A DNA stretch of 64,000 nt from Caldisericia bacterium. GTDB lineage: Bacteria; Caldisericota; Caldisericia; JAAYUI01. The translations under genes and the position numbers were made by a program. The notes under the pieces were generated by a model. That model saw only the letters and a list, made by a program, of their open reading frames with translations, was not told where the DNA came from and did no database searches. The stretch's first letter is position 1; each line of letters opens with the position of its first letter. The DNA lies in NCBI GenBank assembly GCA_040768585.1, contig JAXGMQ010000001.1, positions 1,159,299 to 1,223,298 of the forward strand, read 5' to 3'. Positions 1 through 11,600 of the stretch are shown here, in pieces.

Positions 1-1
1 C

Positions 2-3000
2 AAACTCAATGCGTATGACAACCCAGACGATGTAAACGACCCAGAAGGCTACACAATGGCCGTCGCGCCAACTGACGCAAACGGTCAGAACCATATTGGT
101 GTTGCGACCTACAACGTGAATGGTGCAGGTATCAGGTACATGGCAACAATCCGTTACTGGAATATGCCACACACAGTTGACCAGGATGCCTACTTTATTC
201 TTCAGGTAAACGATGATGGTTCATGGCTCGGATGGAACTGGGGAGAGACAAACTACCCAGGTATTATTGACCCAACAGACGTGATTCAGCCATTCACGGT
301 CTACCCATTTGGTCGAGATCTGAATAACAGAGGAAGTGACGCTCACGACGTTGGCGACAACGATTGTTCAGTCGGTACAGGAACAGTAGACCTTTGTGGT
401 TCAGGATTCCCGCCTCTTGGCGATGTCACATTCTACGACACATATGGTCCAACGTTCTGCGACCCGCAGTGGGGAACACCACCATACTACGGTATGGTGT
501 ATCACTACGGTGTCAGAACCCTCATTTCAGCCAAAACGGCAACAGAAGAGGGCGGAACGATTGCTGTTGTTTGCCAGCCAATGCATGCGAAAGACAAACT
601 CAACATTCGTGTACATACTTCCAACATGGTTGTTGACTACAACAGTTCAAGCATCAAGGTTGGAAACAACGCTGTGTACTTCACAACTGACAGAGCAAAC
701 CTCTTCCAGGCAAGTGATGGCACAATTGCAAACAATCAGTACGACCCGAGTATGACGCTTGGCTACGCCGCAAACCCACCAGGAGTCAGAAACCTTCCAT
801 GGGTTGAGACGGTAGATTATTGTGATGTTATCTCGCTCAAGGTACTTCCACCAGATTCAGATTTGAACTTTAACAACTTCTATATTGTCGACCACGCTCT
901 CCAGTACAGCGAAGTGTCCTACACCGGTGCGCAGGGTTCAGGAGCTCTTGTTGAACTCAACACACCAGACAGATGGATCACCCCAAGATACAACCCACTC
1001 TGCGTTCTTAGACCACTTTCACATGATGAGAACACAGACGTGAGATGTTATCCTGGTGGACAGACACACCTCATAAGAGTTGAAAACTCGATGAGAGGTG
1101 CTGGATATAACGCAACACCGGCCCTTTGGAGGAAGCAGTTCAATAAACTCGGTTCAGAGTTCTATGGACTCACCGACTACGGTATGTTCTTCGAGCTTAC
1201 AAATGAGGATTATGGTTATTGGGGTGTGCCATTAACGTTCGCATCGGGACTCGTGAAGAGACTTGAGATAACCGGACCGTTCATGACGCCACTTGACCTC
1301 GATCCAGAGTTCTCGTCCATCAAGTATCGCTCTGGTACCGCGGCTGGCTCAGCACTTGGTTACTCATACAAGGGTCTCAGATTTGTCCCAATTAAGTATG
1401 ACTACAGCGGACAGATTATTGTAGATAGACTCAACTACCTCGCCTACGAGCTTGGTCAGAGAAACTACACATATATCACAAGCCCTGGATGCACAACAGA
1501 AGGCGACTTCGTCCAATTCTCAGGAAGCGTTAACCCATATCTCAACATCGGCAAAGAGCTCGATTACAGGTATGTCACAAGACCAACTATAAACGGACGC
1601 GCCATGAGAGTCCTTGTATTTGATGAACTCATTCCGATTGGTCCTGGTAGAATCGATATTACTGTCTGGCTTACGGACGGAACAAAGAAGATATTCCAGG
1701 ATTGCTGCGTTGAGCCACCAGCCAATGGAGTTGATGTTGCTGGTATCAAGATTGAGGGTATGCCTCACATGATTACTGTTGATGAGGAAACAATACTCAA
1801 ACTCAAGCTCACAGAAGGTTATGGAATTGAATCCGAGGGCCCGCCGCCAGAGTATGGCAAGGGAATCCAGGAATACAGAGAATGTAACGATGCTCTCGTC
1901 TATGTGTGGCAGGATAGAGGTATCTTCGATCCAGTGGAGAAGCTTTATTCGTTCGCTGGTGATGGCTACTGCTCAATGGCTCCACAGTCGACAGACTACA
2001 CGGACCTTGGTGTTGCCTACACAGAGGACGATGACCTCAACAACGATAGCAAGATTTCGTTTGACGCTTTTGAAACTGAAATCATGGGTTCATATGACCT
2101 TGCAACCAACACATGGGTCGGTGGTCTTATTGATGCGAGAACGTTCCACCGACAGAATGGCGAATACATCTTCAGTCTTTCAGGTGCTGCAATGCCAACT
2201 ACAGTTGGTATTGACTTTGGCTCGAAGGGAATTGAAGCTGAGCCGGACCACGTTATCGGTGACGACGAAACACTTGATATTCACGTAACTGCCTACAAGT
2301 ATGGCGACGACAACAACAGCAGATCGTTCAGACCGTTCTGGGGTGGCAGAGAAATAAACACAGAGAGAGCTTTCAGCCACGAAGTTTACCTTGCAGGTCA
2401 GAAATCAGCTTATGTCGAAGCCAAAGAAGACCTCATGGCAACTGTAACACCGGCCGTTCTTACTGCTGGTTGTACACCTGAGCTTATTGATCCAACTGCG
2501 CCGCTAACATTTGAGGTTAAGTGGCCAGATGGCACACCACTTGATCTTTCGGTTGGTGTTGAGGATCCACTTGGTGGTGATGAGGTTAAGATTGACGATG
2601 CATGGATCCATCTTTTCAAGGATCCGCATCCAGACGACCAGTACTATTACCCGGGTGAGTTACTACCACAGTACTATTGGCTAAGGACTGATCTTCATAA
2701 TGAAGACTTCTCCCAAATTGGTAATACCAGGATGTACTCTTTCAACAGATATCCGTTCCTACCGATTACGTTTGGTTGGAACCCAGCCGAAGGTGTGTAC
2801 GTTTTCAAGGGATTTGCTGCGAATGACAAGGGTAGTTTTGACGTGCACATTTATTCACCAGATAGAAGACACAAGGCGATTGCCGAGATTGTTGTAGAAT
2901 CACCAATTGTCGACTATGAGATCTCACCACGGGATTTCTATACGAATGCTGGTAAGGACCCGCTGTATGACACCGGTTCCGACGACGATTTTGTGATGAC

Positions 3001-5443
3001 AGGTGCTGATTTCAAGTGGTACTTTATCACTGCAACAATGAAAACTGCTGAAGGCAACCTTATACAGGGTCTTGCGGAGTCAACCTCCACCTGCTTGGGT
3101 GGCGAGGGTATGAATGCAAGGTTCACACCGTTCTACACGAGAGAAGAGCATTACAACTGGGTCACACCACCATCAGCGACTCTCCAGAGTAGAAGGCGCT
3201 ATTCCGGTCACGCCGCTGTCTATAACTATTACCTGAGTGACTCTAGAGGTAGTAGAGAGAGACAGATAATGCTTGCTGACCTGAATGGAAACGGTACCTT
3301 CGGTGATCTTCCTGAAGAGTTCCTTATCTTTGGTAGATCAGATTACTCAGACCTGGGTATTAGAGTTGGTGGAAAGACCGGTCCTGGAGCTCCATTCTAC
3401 CCGACAGTGAACTCAAGGTTTGATGATGAGACATACAACTATTGGAACTCATGGGATGGTCCATTTGACAAACCATCAGCTGGCCCAGCAGGATATGGTG
3501 TAGGATCGATATACAACGATGAGAAGGAAGGACTCTATGTGTTTGCTGATTCAAACAGAGACTTCCAGTTCACATACCAAGATTCGTTCAATATCGACAA
3601 TAGAGGTCAGGGTACTTTTGCATACTTTGCCGATGACAAGTGTAAAATCGGAGTCATGATTGGTGTGACAGATCATGCAATGACACCAAAATTTGGTGAT
3701 ATTTACGGTGGATCAGACCCATACACAGAGTTCTCTCCGCAGAGAACAGCGACAAGATTTGTTCACATATTGACTGGAAATGAAGAGCTTGGAACCGGTG
3801 ATGGTGCCTATTCCCTTGATTGGGACGCAATTCCGGACAACGTCGTAAATGTTGAGTACATGAAGGTTGTGACGAAATGGGCGGAAACAAAGGAAGAAAT
3901 AAGCAAGGATATGCTCGATGCAGACAATTATGACCTTGCATACGGAGTTGAAAACCACATTTGGTTCGAGTTCTATCCAGCCGACAACAGAGACTTCGCA
4001 GTAACTAAAGATGCCCATGTGGCAGTAATGGCAGCTGGAGACGTGTTACATCCATGGGGTGGACCGAAATCAGAGTCATTCATTGTGGCTGACATAACAG
4101 CTTCCCCGATCAACCCAAGCGACAGAGTGGCGCAGCTTTATATCACACCAACTGGAACTGGTCCAGATGTTACGAGCTTGAGGGTTGTCGGAAGCAGATG
4201 CGAGAATACAGCTGACTATGCAAGGTACTTCTATGACAACTACACGACATGGGGTGCTGCAAACTTCGATGTGATTATGTCAATACAAATCGTTGTTGAC
4301 ACAATGGAAGCACTCAAGGTTGGAGTACCTGGAACATTGGTTGTAAGCGCGCTCAAGACAGCGGGTGGCGAGCCAATTGAAGGTGCAACAGTTCATATCA
4401 AGGGTGCCGGTGTCGAGGTCGAAAAGAAGACAAGAGCGGATGGTTCCGTTGAGTTCAATATCACCCCAACCGAGCGTGGCAGAATATTGGTCACCGCAGA
4501 GGCAGAGGGAATGAAGGGTGCTTATACAACAGCGTTCGTTGAGACTTACGTTGCACCACCAAAACTTGATCTTGACCCGATCCCAGCGATCGTCTCAACA
4601 GATACAGTAACAGTAAAAGGAAGAACAAACGAAGGCACGAAGATAACAGTGAATGGTAGACCTGTTTCAGTGTCTCAGGATGGAACCTTTACATACACAT
4701 TGAGACTTGAGCCTGGAAAGAACAGCGTAATCGTTGTTGCTACTAATTCGGTTGGTCAAACACAAACAAAGGTTGTTGATATTGAATCGAGGATGAAAGC
4801 ATCTGAGATTATCATCGACCCAGTAGGGGAATACTGTAACGTAACAAGCATAAGAATCCGTGGACATGTCGAGCCTGGCAACACTGTGAAGGTAACATCT
4901 GTAACACTTGGTAGAGAGTTTGATGCTATAGTGACGAATGACACATTCATCTGTGATATCGATGTTCAGGCTGGTGTAAATGAGATTACAGTTGTGGCAA
5001 CAGACTTGACGACAAATAAAGAGTCTGATCCGCTCAATGTGAGTTTCTACATTTGGACGAGAGTTGACGTACTGATGTATCTCAATGGCAATCAGATGAT
5101 TGTGGACTCAGTACCACAGAGGATTGATGTTCCACCAACTGAGATCAATGGTGTTACCATGATCCCATTCGATCCAATCGCCAACGCGTTTGGTATTGGT
5201 GTAGTACCTGCCGGAGATACGATAACAGCAACGTGGGGAACAAATACACTTATTCTCACTAGAGGAAACAGCAAGGCAGTTCTCAACAACGAGGCCGTTG
5301 ATCTTGTGACAGCCCCAGTAATTGAGAATGGCGCTTTAATGATTGCACTTGATGATGTTAAGTTGCTTAAAGACGTCAATGGTGATGTGGTAATTGACAT
5401 GATCGCTGCGTCTGGTCAGATTGTGATATCCAAGAAGTACTAG
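2..5443 (+). CDS. Giant secreted surface-protein paralog, C-terminal ~1810 aa; 5' end lies upstream of the window. Carries the family core motifs, Ig-like repeats and a C-terminal copper amine oxidase N1-like module.
   Basis: The frame is open from position 2. The first residues LNAYDNPDDVNDPEGY align with the FPNLxLxxYDxDNPxDVNDPAxIPIS motif found in the other giant paralogs. Downstream family motifs are present: YPGGQTH, IFQDCC, ECNDALVYVWQDRG, AYKYGDDNN, LPQYYWLRTDLHN, SHEVYLAGQ. The C-terminus has Ig-like TVNG/VVATD repeats and a VPxxxIAxAFG...GALMIALDD module resembling the CuAO-N1 stalk domain. Confidence 0.8.
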   Translation, partial: KLNAYDNPDDVNDPEGYTMAVAPTDANGQNHIGVATYNVNGAGIRYMATIRYWNMPHTVDQDAYFILQVNDDGSWLGWNWGETNYPGIIDPTDVIQPFTVYPFGRDLNNRGSDAHDVGDNDCSVGTGTVDLCGSGFPPLGDVTFYDTYGPTFCDPQWGTPPYYGMVYHYGVRTLISAKTATEEGGTIAVVCQPMHAKDKLNIRVHTSNMVVDYNSSSIKVGNNAVYFTTDRANLFQASDGTIANNQYDPSMTLGYAANPPGVRNLPWVETVDYCDVISLKVLPPDSDLNFNNFYIVDHALQYSEVSYTGAQGSGALVELNTPDRWITPRYNPLCVLRPLSHDENTDVRCYPGGQTHLIRVENSMRGAGYNATPALWRKQFNKLGSEFYGLTDYGMFFELTNEDYGYWGVPLTFASGLVKRLEITGPFMTPLDLDPEFSSIKYRSGTAAGSALGYSYKGLRFVPIKYDYSGQIIVDRLNYLAYELGQRNYTYITSPGCTTEGDFVQFSGSVNPYLNIGKELDYRYVTRPTINGRAMRVLVFDELIPIGPGRIDITVWLTDGTKKIFQDCCVEPPANGVDVAGIKIEGMPHMITVDEETILKLKLTEGYGIESEGPPPEYGKGIQEYRECNDALVYVWQDRGIFDPVEKLYSFAGDGYCSMAPQSTDYTDLGVAYTEDDDLNNDSKISFDAFETEIMGSYDLATNTWVGGLIDARTFHRQNGEYIFSLSGAAMPTTVGIDFGSKGIEAEPDHVIGDDETLDIHVTAYKYGDDNNSRSFRPFWGGREINTERAFSHEVYLAGQKSAYVEAKEDLMATVTPAVLTAGCTPELIDPTAPLTFEVKWPDGTPLDLSVGVEDPLGGDEVKIDDAWIHLFKDPHPDDQYYYPGELLPQYYWLRTDLHNEDFSQIGNTRMYSFNRYPFLPITFGWNPAEGVYVFKGFAANDKGSFDVHIYSPDRRHKAIAEIVVESPIVDYEISPRDFYTNAGKDPLYDTGSDDDFVMTGADFKWYFITATMKTAEGNLIQGLAESTSTCLGGEGMNARFTPFYTREEHYNWVTPPSATLQSRRRYSGHAAVYNYYLSDSRGSRERQIMLADLNGNGTFGDLPEEFLIFGRSDYSDLGIRVGGKTGPGAPFYPTVNSRFDDETYNYWNSWDGPFDKPSAGPAGYGVGSIYNDEKEGLYVFADSNRDFQFTYQDSFNIDNRGQGTFAYFADDKCKIGVMIGVTDHAMTPKFGDIYGGSDPYTEFSPQRTATRFVHILTGNEELGTGDGAYSLDWDAIPDNVVNVEYMKVVTKWAETKEEISKDMLDADNYDLAYGVENHIWFEFYPADNRDFAVTKDAHVAVMAAGDVLHPWGGPKSESFIVADITASPINPSDRVAQLYITPTGTGPDVTSLRVVGSRCENTADYARYFYDNYTTWGAANFDVIMSIQIVVDTMEALKVGVPGTLVVSALKTAGGEPIEGATVHIKGAGVEVEKKTRADGSVEFNITPTERGRILVTAEAEGMKGAYTTAFVETYVAPPKLDLDPIPAIVSTDTVTVKGRTNEGTKITVNGRPVSVSQDGTFTYTLRLEPGKNSVIVVATNSVGQTQTKVVDIESRMKASEIIIDPVGEYCNVTSIRIRGHVEPGNTVKVTSVTLGREFDAIVTNDTFICDIDVQAGVNEITVVATDLTTNKESDPLNVSFYIWTRVDVLMYLNGNQMIVDSVPQRIDVPPTEINGVTMIPFDPIANAFGIGVVPAGDTITATWGTNTLILTRGNSKAVLNNEAVDLVTAPVIENGALMIALDDVKLLKDVNGDVVIDMIAASGQIVISKKY

Positions 5444-5478
5444 GTTTGGAAATAGAGTTTGTAGAAAAGTAAAAAAGA

Positions 5479-5520
5479 TCTCAGCTTCCTCTCAACTGCA
5501 AAGGAGAAAGGAAGCTGAGA
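5479..5520 (+). terminator. Perfect 12-bp stem / 18-nt loop hairpin immediately downstream of giant paralog 1, with no U-tract.
   Basis: TCTCAGCTTCCT (5479-5490) pairs with AGGAAGCTGAGA (5509-5520). It starts 36 nt after the stop codon. No T-run follows it. Confidence 0.4.
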
Positions 5521-5550
5521 AGAGAAAGAACAAGATTAATATACGATGAG

Positions 5551-5564
5551 TAGATTGATTGAGG
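5551..5564 (+). promoter_or_regulatory. Conserved GATTAAT/GATTGATTGAGG upstream element, about 100 nt before the giant paralog 2 start codon.
   Basis: TAGATTGATTGAGG here is matched by GATTAGATTGATTT / GAGGTTGATTGAAGAG upstream of paralog 3 and by GGATTGATTAATAC / GTGATTGG upstream of paralog 4. All three lie at similar distances (about 65-100 nt) from the ATG. Confidence 0.4.
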
Positions 5565-5652
5565 TAAGAAAGCAAAAGATGGGAAGCTCATCCCGAGCCG
5601 AACAAGGGAACAACGGTCACTTGATTAGTGGTCGATCCAAAGGAGAGGTTAG

Positions 5653-8600
5653 ATGAGAAGAACAATAGTAATGCTGATCGCAGCTGCTATGATCTCGGGT
5701 ATATTCACTCAACTCCTTCCGATGCAGTCGGTTGGTGCAGAGGTAGTCCAGGATGGCAATCAACATGCGACTATTATTTTGTCAAACTGGCACATGGTGG
5801 GTCATGACGAGTATGGTGACCCGCTTTCGGGTGGCAAGTCATTTCCCTGGCAACATGAGGGGGAAAGTGTAGACTCTTATTGGGGTTCCGATGACTATGG
5901 AATGCCAAATGCAGTCAGCGCAATCACAACAGCTGGCGTTGCCCGAGCGGCTAGAAGACAAAATTATGGAATGACAACAACACCCATGCTCTGGACAACG
6001 GTTTATTTGACCATTGTCGCAGATGATGGTGGTTCGAGACCAATCATAGATGAGAAGGGCGATCTTGAGGGTCTTGGCAGGTGGTATGTTATCATGGATT
6101 CAGCTGGACAGGTTTGGTTTGACCCAGACGGAAGATTCCATGATTCGAGATATCTTGCCCAGGCAGATCCATTTTCACCATACTATATGTACATAGAGGA
6201 TGAGGATGGGAACGCTTTTGGAGCATGTCTTGAGAATCCAACTGCAAAAGTAGATCCCTCTGAGATGAATAACACTCAGGGACCATACCAGTTCTCACCA
6301 ACGACAGAGTCGGGTGAGGAGAATCCATTCTATGTCGAGCCGTGCTACTTTTGGATTAGACCAAATCTCACAAAGATAGTCAATGCTGAGGCTGAAAATA
6401 CATGCGACGCCTACTCAAACCACACACTCAGAGGCGAATCGAGAGCGTGGCAACTCGGTATTGCGTCCAGACCTGACTATCTCGCACAAAATGTCATGAG
6501 CCCATTTGGCAACGTCTCCGATGGTCTTGTTAGAGAAGGTGAGTGGGATATTGGAGTATCGCTGCTTCCTTTCATGCCAAATGAGCAATACACTGACAAC
6601 TATCAAGGCAATGGTACTGCTGGCACTTTCGATTCTACTGACTACATTTACAGGAACGTAAACTATCCAGCTGGTGGACCGCCATACGCGGTTGAACCTG
6701 GCGACGTTAGACTTACAAGCGTCACTGTCGGGATTGCCCCAAACACAAACACATTCCTTGCCGGCTCTGTTGTTCAGCCAAGCGACCTGGATGTTGGTGA
6801 ACCTCTCAATGCAATTCCGACCAATATTAGGTACGCTATCAGTGAAGTTGGCGAGGCAGCCGCAGAGCTTGAGCACCGCAACCTTGGTGCATTGAACCCA
6901 GCCGGTTGGTCAACTGTCTCGACAATGGGTACCACTGTCCTATCCCTGACTGACGTCTCAAACCTTACAGCGGGATCAGCTATCCAGATTGGACCAAACG
7001 ACGCCGGGCAGTCTGATATTTGCAACGTTGTCGCAATAATCAATACCGCACCAGCATATAACCAGTACTACACATACCTATCAGGACATTGTCCTGGTGG
7101 ATACGAGCTTTCGGCTTACGCCTACTACGTCAATGGTTCATTCAATCCGGGTGACTACATAGTATATGGCAGAGGTGCAACAAGCGAGATATTCCGTCTC
7201 GACTGGGTCAACTGGTACGGATATTATCCGAACTACATGGGTTACTGTTATGCTTATTCATCGTACACAGGTTTTGATCTTGATAGACCGCTCTACTTCA
7301 ACCATGCATATGACAATCTTTACAACCTTTACTATTCACAGGATACAATAACAAAGATTGACCAGGGTGTAGTTCTCGATTGTGCTACTCTCTACGACTA
7401 CGAAGCAGGAACACCAATCACAATCCTTGGTTATCAGCCAGGAGATTTCATCTACAGACAGCTTGATCCAAATGAGGCAAACGTAGCGATCGGTGACATC
7501 AGACTCAGTAACGTCGACGGTCACAGAATTGACGGCTTCCAGATGGGTCAGGGTGCGTATGAGTTCGATGCCCTTGTCATGAATGAAATCCTCTTTGCAG
7601 ACCCCAACGACCCACGCTATCAGGGAATGGTCAGAAACAGTGACTGGCACAAGTCAGATTTCGACTTCAACATTCAGAGCACGGTCGAAGAGGAATCGGT
7701 TGAGTTCCCATACGGTGCTTGCATGCCGACATACGACATCTCCGTGGAGTCAGACTTCTGGCAGGGAGAGCGTGTGTGGCGCACAAACAGTCAGGGCCAG
7801 TGGGAATCTGAGTGGCAAGGTGTTATCCCATCAGTCACTGCTTGTGCTCTTCGCTCACCCAACGACGATGTTGATGATGCACATCACAGAATAGCAAAAC
7901 AGACTGTTCTTGGACCATACGGCGACTCATTCTTCATTCACACAGCAACGATTCATAATGTTCAGCCAGACTACAGAGAATACCTTGGTATCGAGATTTT
8001 CTGTGATAATGGTTATGATAACCTCTCCAATCCAAACCCGGCGGGTGTGGGTGCTGTCGCACTTGACCTCAACGACAACTATATGAGGGGAACCGTTTGT
8101 GAGCCATACGTTGGCGCAACAAGCAGGGCTCCAGACCTTGACCTTAACAGAGACCTCGTAGCTCTTGATGGTTCGACAGACAATCCAAAGTTTGTTGATA
8201 CTGACAACCTGGCTCCAGTTCCAGACGGTCCTGGTAACTATGGTTGCAATGAGCCAATTTACTTTGATATGGATGATGACGGATTTGTCTCACCTGGTGA
8301 TAAGCGTGGGTCATCCGTGCAGATGAACGCTGGCGCCACTATGGATGGTATTGTACTATTCTTCGAGGTAAACAGTATCGTCCAGCAGGGAGACAGTGAT
8401 GTTGGCAGAATCCTTTCAAGATTCCGTGATCCACTAACCAATGAGCCGGTTTACAAGTACTATGACAACCCACATGCAATCTCAAGACTTCCATCGGGTG
8501 TTTGGGAGTATGGCGAGAACATCTACTGGGATCACCCAGAACCACCAGATTTCCCAGGTGGAGACGGAAGGACTGACCCGGGTGACATCAGACTTACTGA

Positions 8601-11600
8601 TGTTAATATTGGTGGAACGTCCTACTTCTGCGGTGAGACGGTCGGTATTGGTGATGTTTTTGCACTTGAGTATCCAGTGTACATGATTTCTACCGGCAAG
8701 AACGGCGACTATAACTACATGGATTTCCAGGTTCTTCCGTTCCCGACAATGGACGTGAAGGTTGATATTGACAAGCCTCTCAAGGTTGAACAGACCAGCA
8801 ATATCACGATTGAGGTCAACCCCCCGCCAGCTCCTGGTGAGTCCATCTTTGTTGCTCTTCGCGAAACAACGATTGAGCCGAGAATGCCAATGCCAGCAGT
8901 GCAGTTCTATAGCATGGAGAATGTTACGGGTGATTGGCTTACCTACGAGTGTGATGGTCAGGTGCTTGATGCTGGTCTATGCCCATGGACACCGGGTGGT
9001 GGTTATTACCATGTCGCACTTCCTTGGCCGTTTGAGTTTTTTGGTCAGACCTATACGTCGGTTGGTGTTAGCTACGATGGCTACATCGATATGAGTGATC
9101 AGTACAACTACCTAAGCTCGATTTGGCTAAATTACTGCTGGAGTCCACCGCCTTATCAGTACAACTATGGTAGGCTCCCCGCAAATCTTCCAGATACGGG
9201 TAGACCTCCTCGAATTCATTCGCTCCTTACATGGTGGGATTCAGATGAGGTTTGCTGGGGTGACGCGATTTGGCCAGCTACAGGTGAGACCGTATTTGTT
9301 GTGACCTGGCGTGGTGAAAATGGTGGATACTACTACTACAGGAGAGGCGAGCGGCTCGAGGCGCAGGTCGTTCTCTTCAGCAATGGTCAGATTCTTATCC
9401 AGTACAAGCAGACGGAGTGTCCATATTACTGGATGTATTCGTACTATGGTTATGATCACTACATAACCGGTATCACTAATGGCTCTGGTGTCTATTACGA
9501 ATGGGATCCGGGTGCTCCTTGCGCATTTGGCATGGAAGCTAACGTTCTGTTTACGCCAGGTGAAATCCCAGCAAAGGCTGGTGTTCCAAAGGTCAACATC
9601 GCAGAGGATGCGAAGTGGATGACCCAGGACAACCCGGTTGCAAGCTTTGAGTTTACACCATACAGAGGTACGTGTCTCGAGGACGGTACAAGGAAACCGA
9701 TGGAGATAAACCTCTACAGGGATGCTGGTGGACTTTCCGAGCCAGTGCCAAGAAACCCGCCACCAAACACATATCTCACATATCAGGAGCCTTCATTCTC
9801 AACAAGGCCTCCGATTCCAAATGGCAGAGTGATAGCGATTGGTAATCCGTTTGGCTATCTTGAAGGTGATTGGATTCTCATTGGAAATTCAACGAACTCT
9901 GAGAGAAGAAGAATTGAGCAGATTCATGTTGGAACTGAGGGCGCGAGCACAGAAGTCCTCTATCAGACATACAGATCGACTCAAGCGCTTCCGTCCTACC
10001 ACATACCTGTCAGGAGCGTGAAGGACTTCACAATTGGTAATCCTGTTATTGTAGGACATAGTCATACGGGCAACCAGGAGACTCATATTATTGAGGGTCT
10101 CTCCAGAGGAGATGTCAGCCCTGGCGAACCAAGCTTCTGGTCGACAGGAATCAGATATCCTTATCCGCAGGCCGGAACGAATGTGACACTTCTTGTTAAC
10201 AATGCGTCAGGATTCCAGATTGGTGACTACATTGGATACGGTTACACTAATGGCTGGTGGAATGCAAATCCGATCAATAACGGAAGAGACATTGCCAAGA
10301 TCATCGACATCGACTATGGCGCAAATTCGCTAACACTCGACGTCATCCATACGTATTGGTACTACTATAACTACTACGTTTGCACGATTGAGGCTGTCGA
10401 AGTCCGCGATCCATTGAAGTTCGTCCACTATGGTGATGCGACATCGCCATACGGTGAGGCAGAGCCTGTATTTACCACGAAGTTTGCATTCACGTTAAAC
10501 CGTGGCCTGAACTACGATCATTACTTTGGTGAGCCAGTAATCGGAATGCAGTACTTCGACCCATTCTGGGCTGACAACAAGTGGGGAAGATTCGATCTTG
10601 ATATGTACCCATCACGTCAGTTTGCTGCAGTCCTACCACCAGATGACGTATCGCCAGATCTTGACAGTGGCTACGATTGCTACTGGCGTGGCAGGTTTAA
10701 CATCGCACCAGAAGAGATCGTTATTGACCCAGAGAGAGACTGTTTACACGTTCTTGACACGAGATTTCCGAATGTCCTTCTGAATCTTTACGATGCCGAT
10801 AACCCCAACGATGTGAATGATCCCGCTAACATACCAATCTCATGTCCTGGTGGTGTTTCGGGTGTCGATCAGACAATCATCGCAAACGTCAACGCGACAG
10901 GCGCAGGCGTTAAGTACCTGATGACCGCTGGGCAGTCCAGCCCGCCAAGATACATTGTTCAGGTCAACGATGATGGTACGTATGAGTGGTGGCGTTGGTA
11001 CGAGCCGCTTGCTGCAACACAGATTTTCGGTGCTCTCGATCCGAATGACTGGCTGTACAGATGGCTTGATATGGATGTGCTTAACTTTGTGAACCCGGCG
11101 ACCAGGTCACCTCTCCCAGTTCATGACAACACCTATGAACTGAGACTCACCGATAATGACTGCTCGAAGGGTGGCGGTGTTTGCGACCCGTGTAACAACG
11201 GCACACTGTGGCCATGTCTTGGTGACATCACAATCAATGATGCATATGGAAGATTTATGGGTACAATTTCTGATCCATACTCCAACTACCCGAACCCACA
11301 GCCACTCCCAGCAAACTTTGGAAGAATCGAAAACTTCGGCATTCCATGTGTTATTGACAGATGGACACTTGGTTCTGACGGTGGACAAATCATGTTCCCA
11401 GTCAAGCCTCTCAAGGGTGGCACGCTTAATATTAGAGTTTATACCTATCAGGCAGTCTTTGACTACAATTCATCCAACATCCATGCACCTGGACCATACT
11501 TCACAGAAGACACCTCATATGGTATCGACTACTGTGGTTACTATCAGATGAAGGTTATCGAGAAGGATGCTGATGTTAACTTCATCGAGTTTAGAATGGT

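Noticed and set aside
5300-5443. Possible dockerin repeat at the C-terminus of giant paralog 1 (KDVNGDVVIDMIAASGQIV)
   Set aside because: Only a single EF-hand-like loop is present, with no second repeat at dockerin spacing. It lies within the CuAO-N1-like module, so it is more likely part of that fold.
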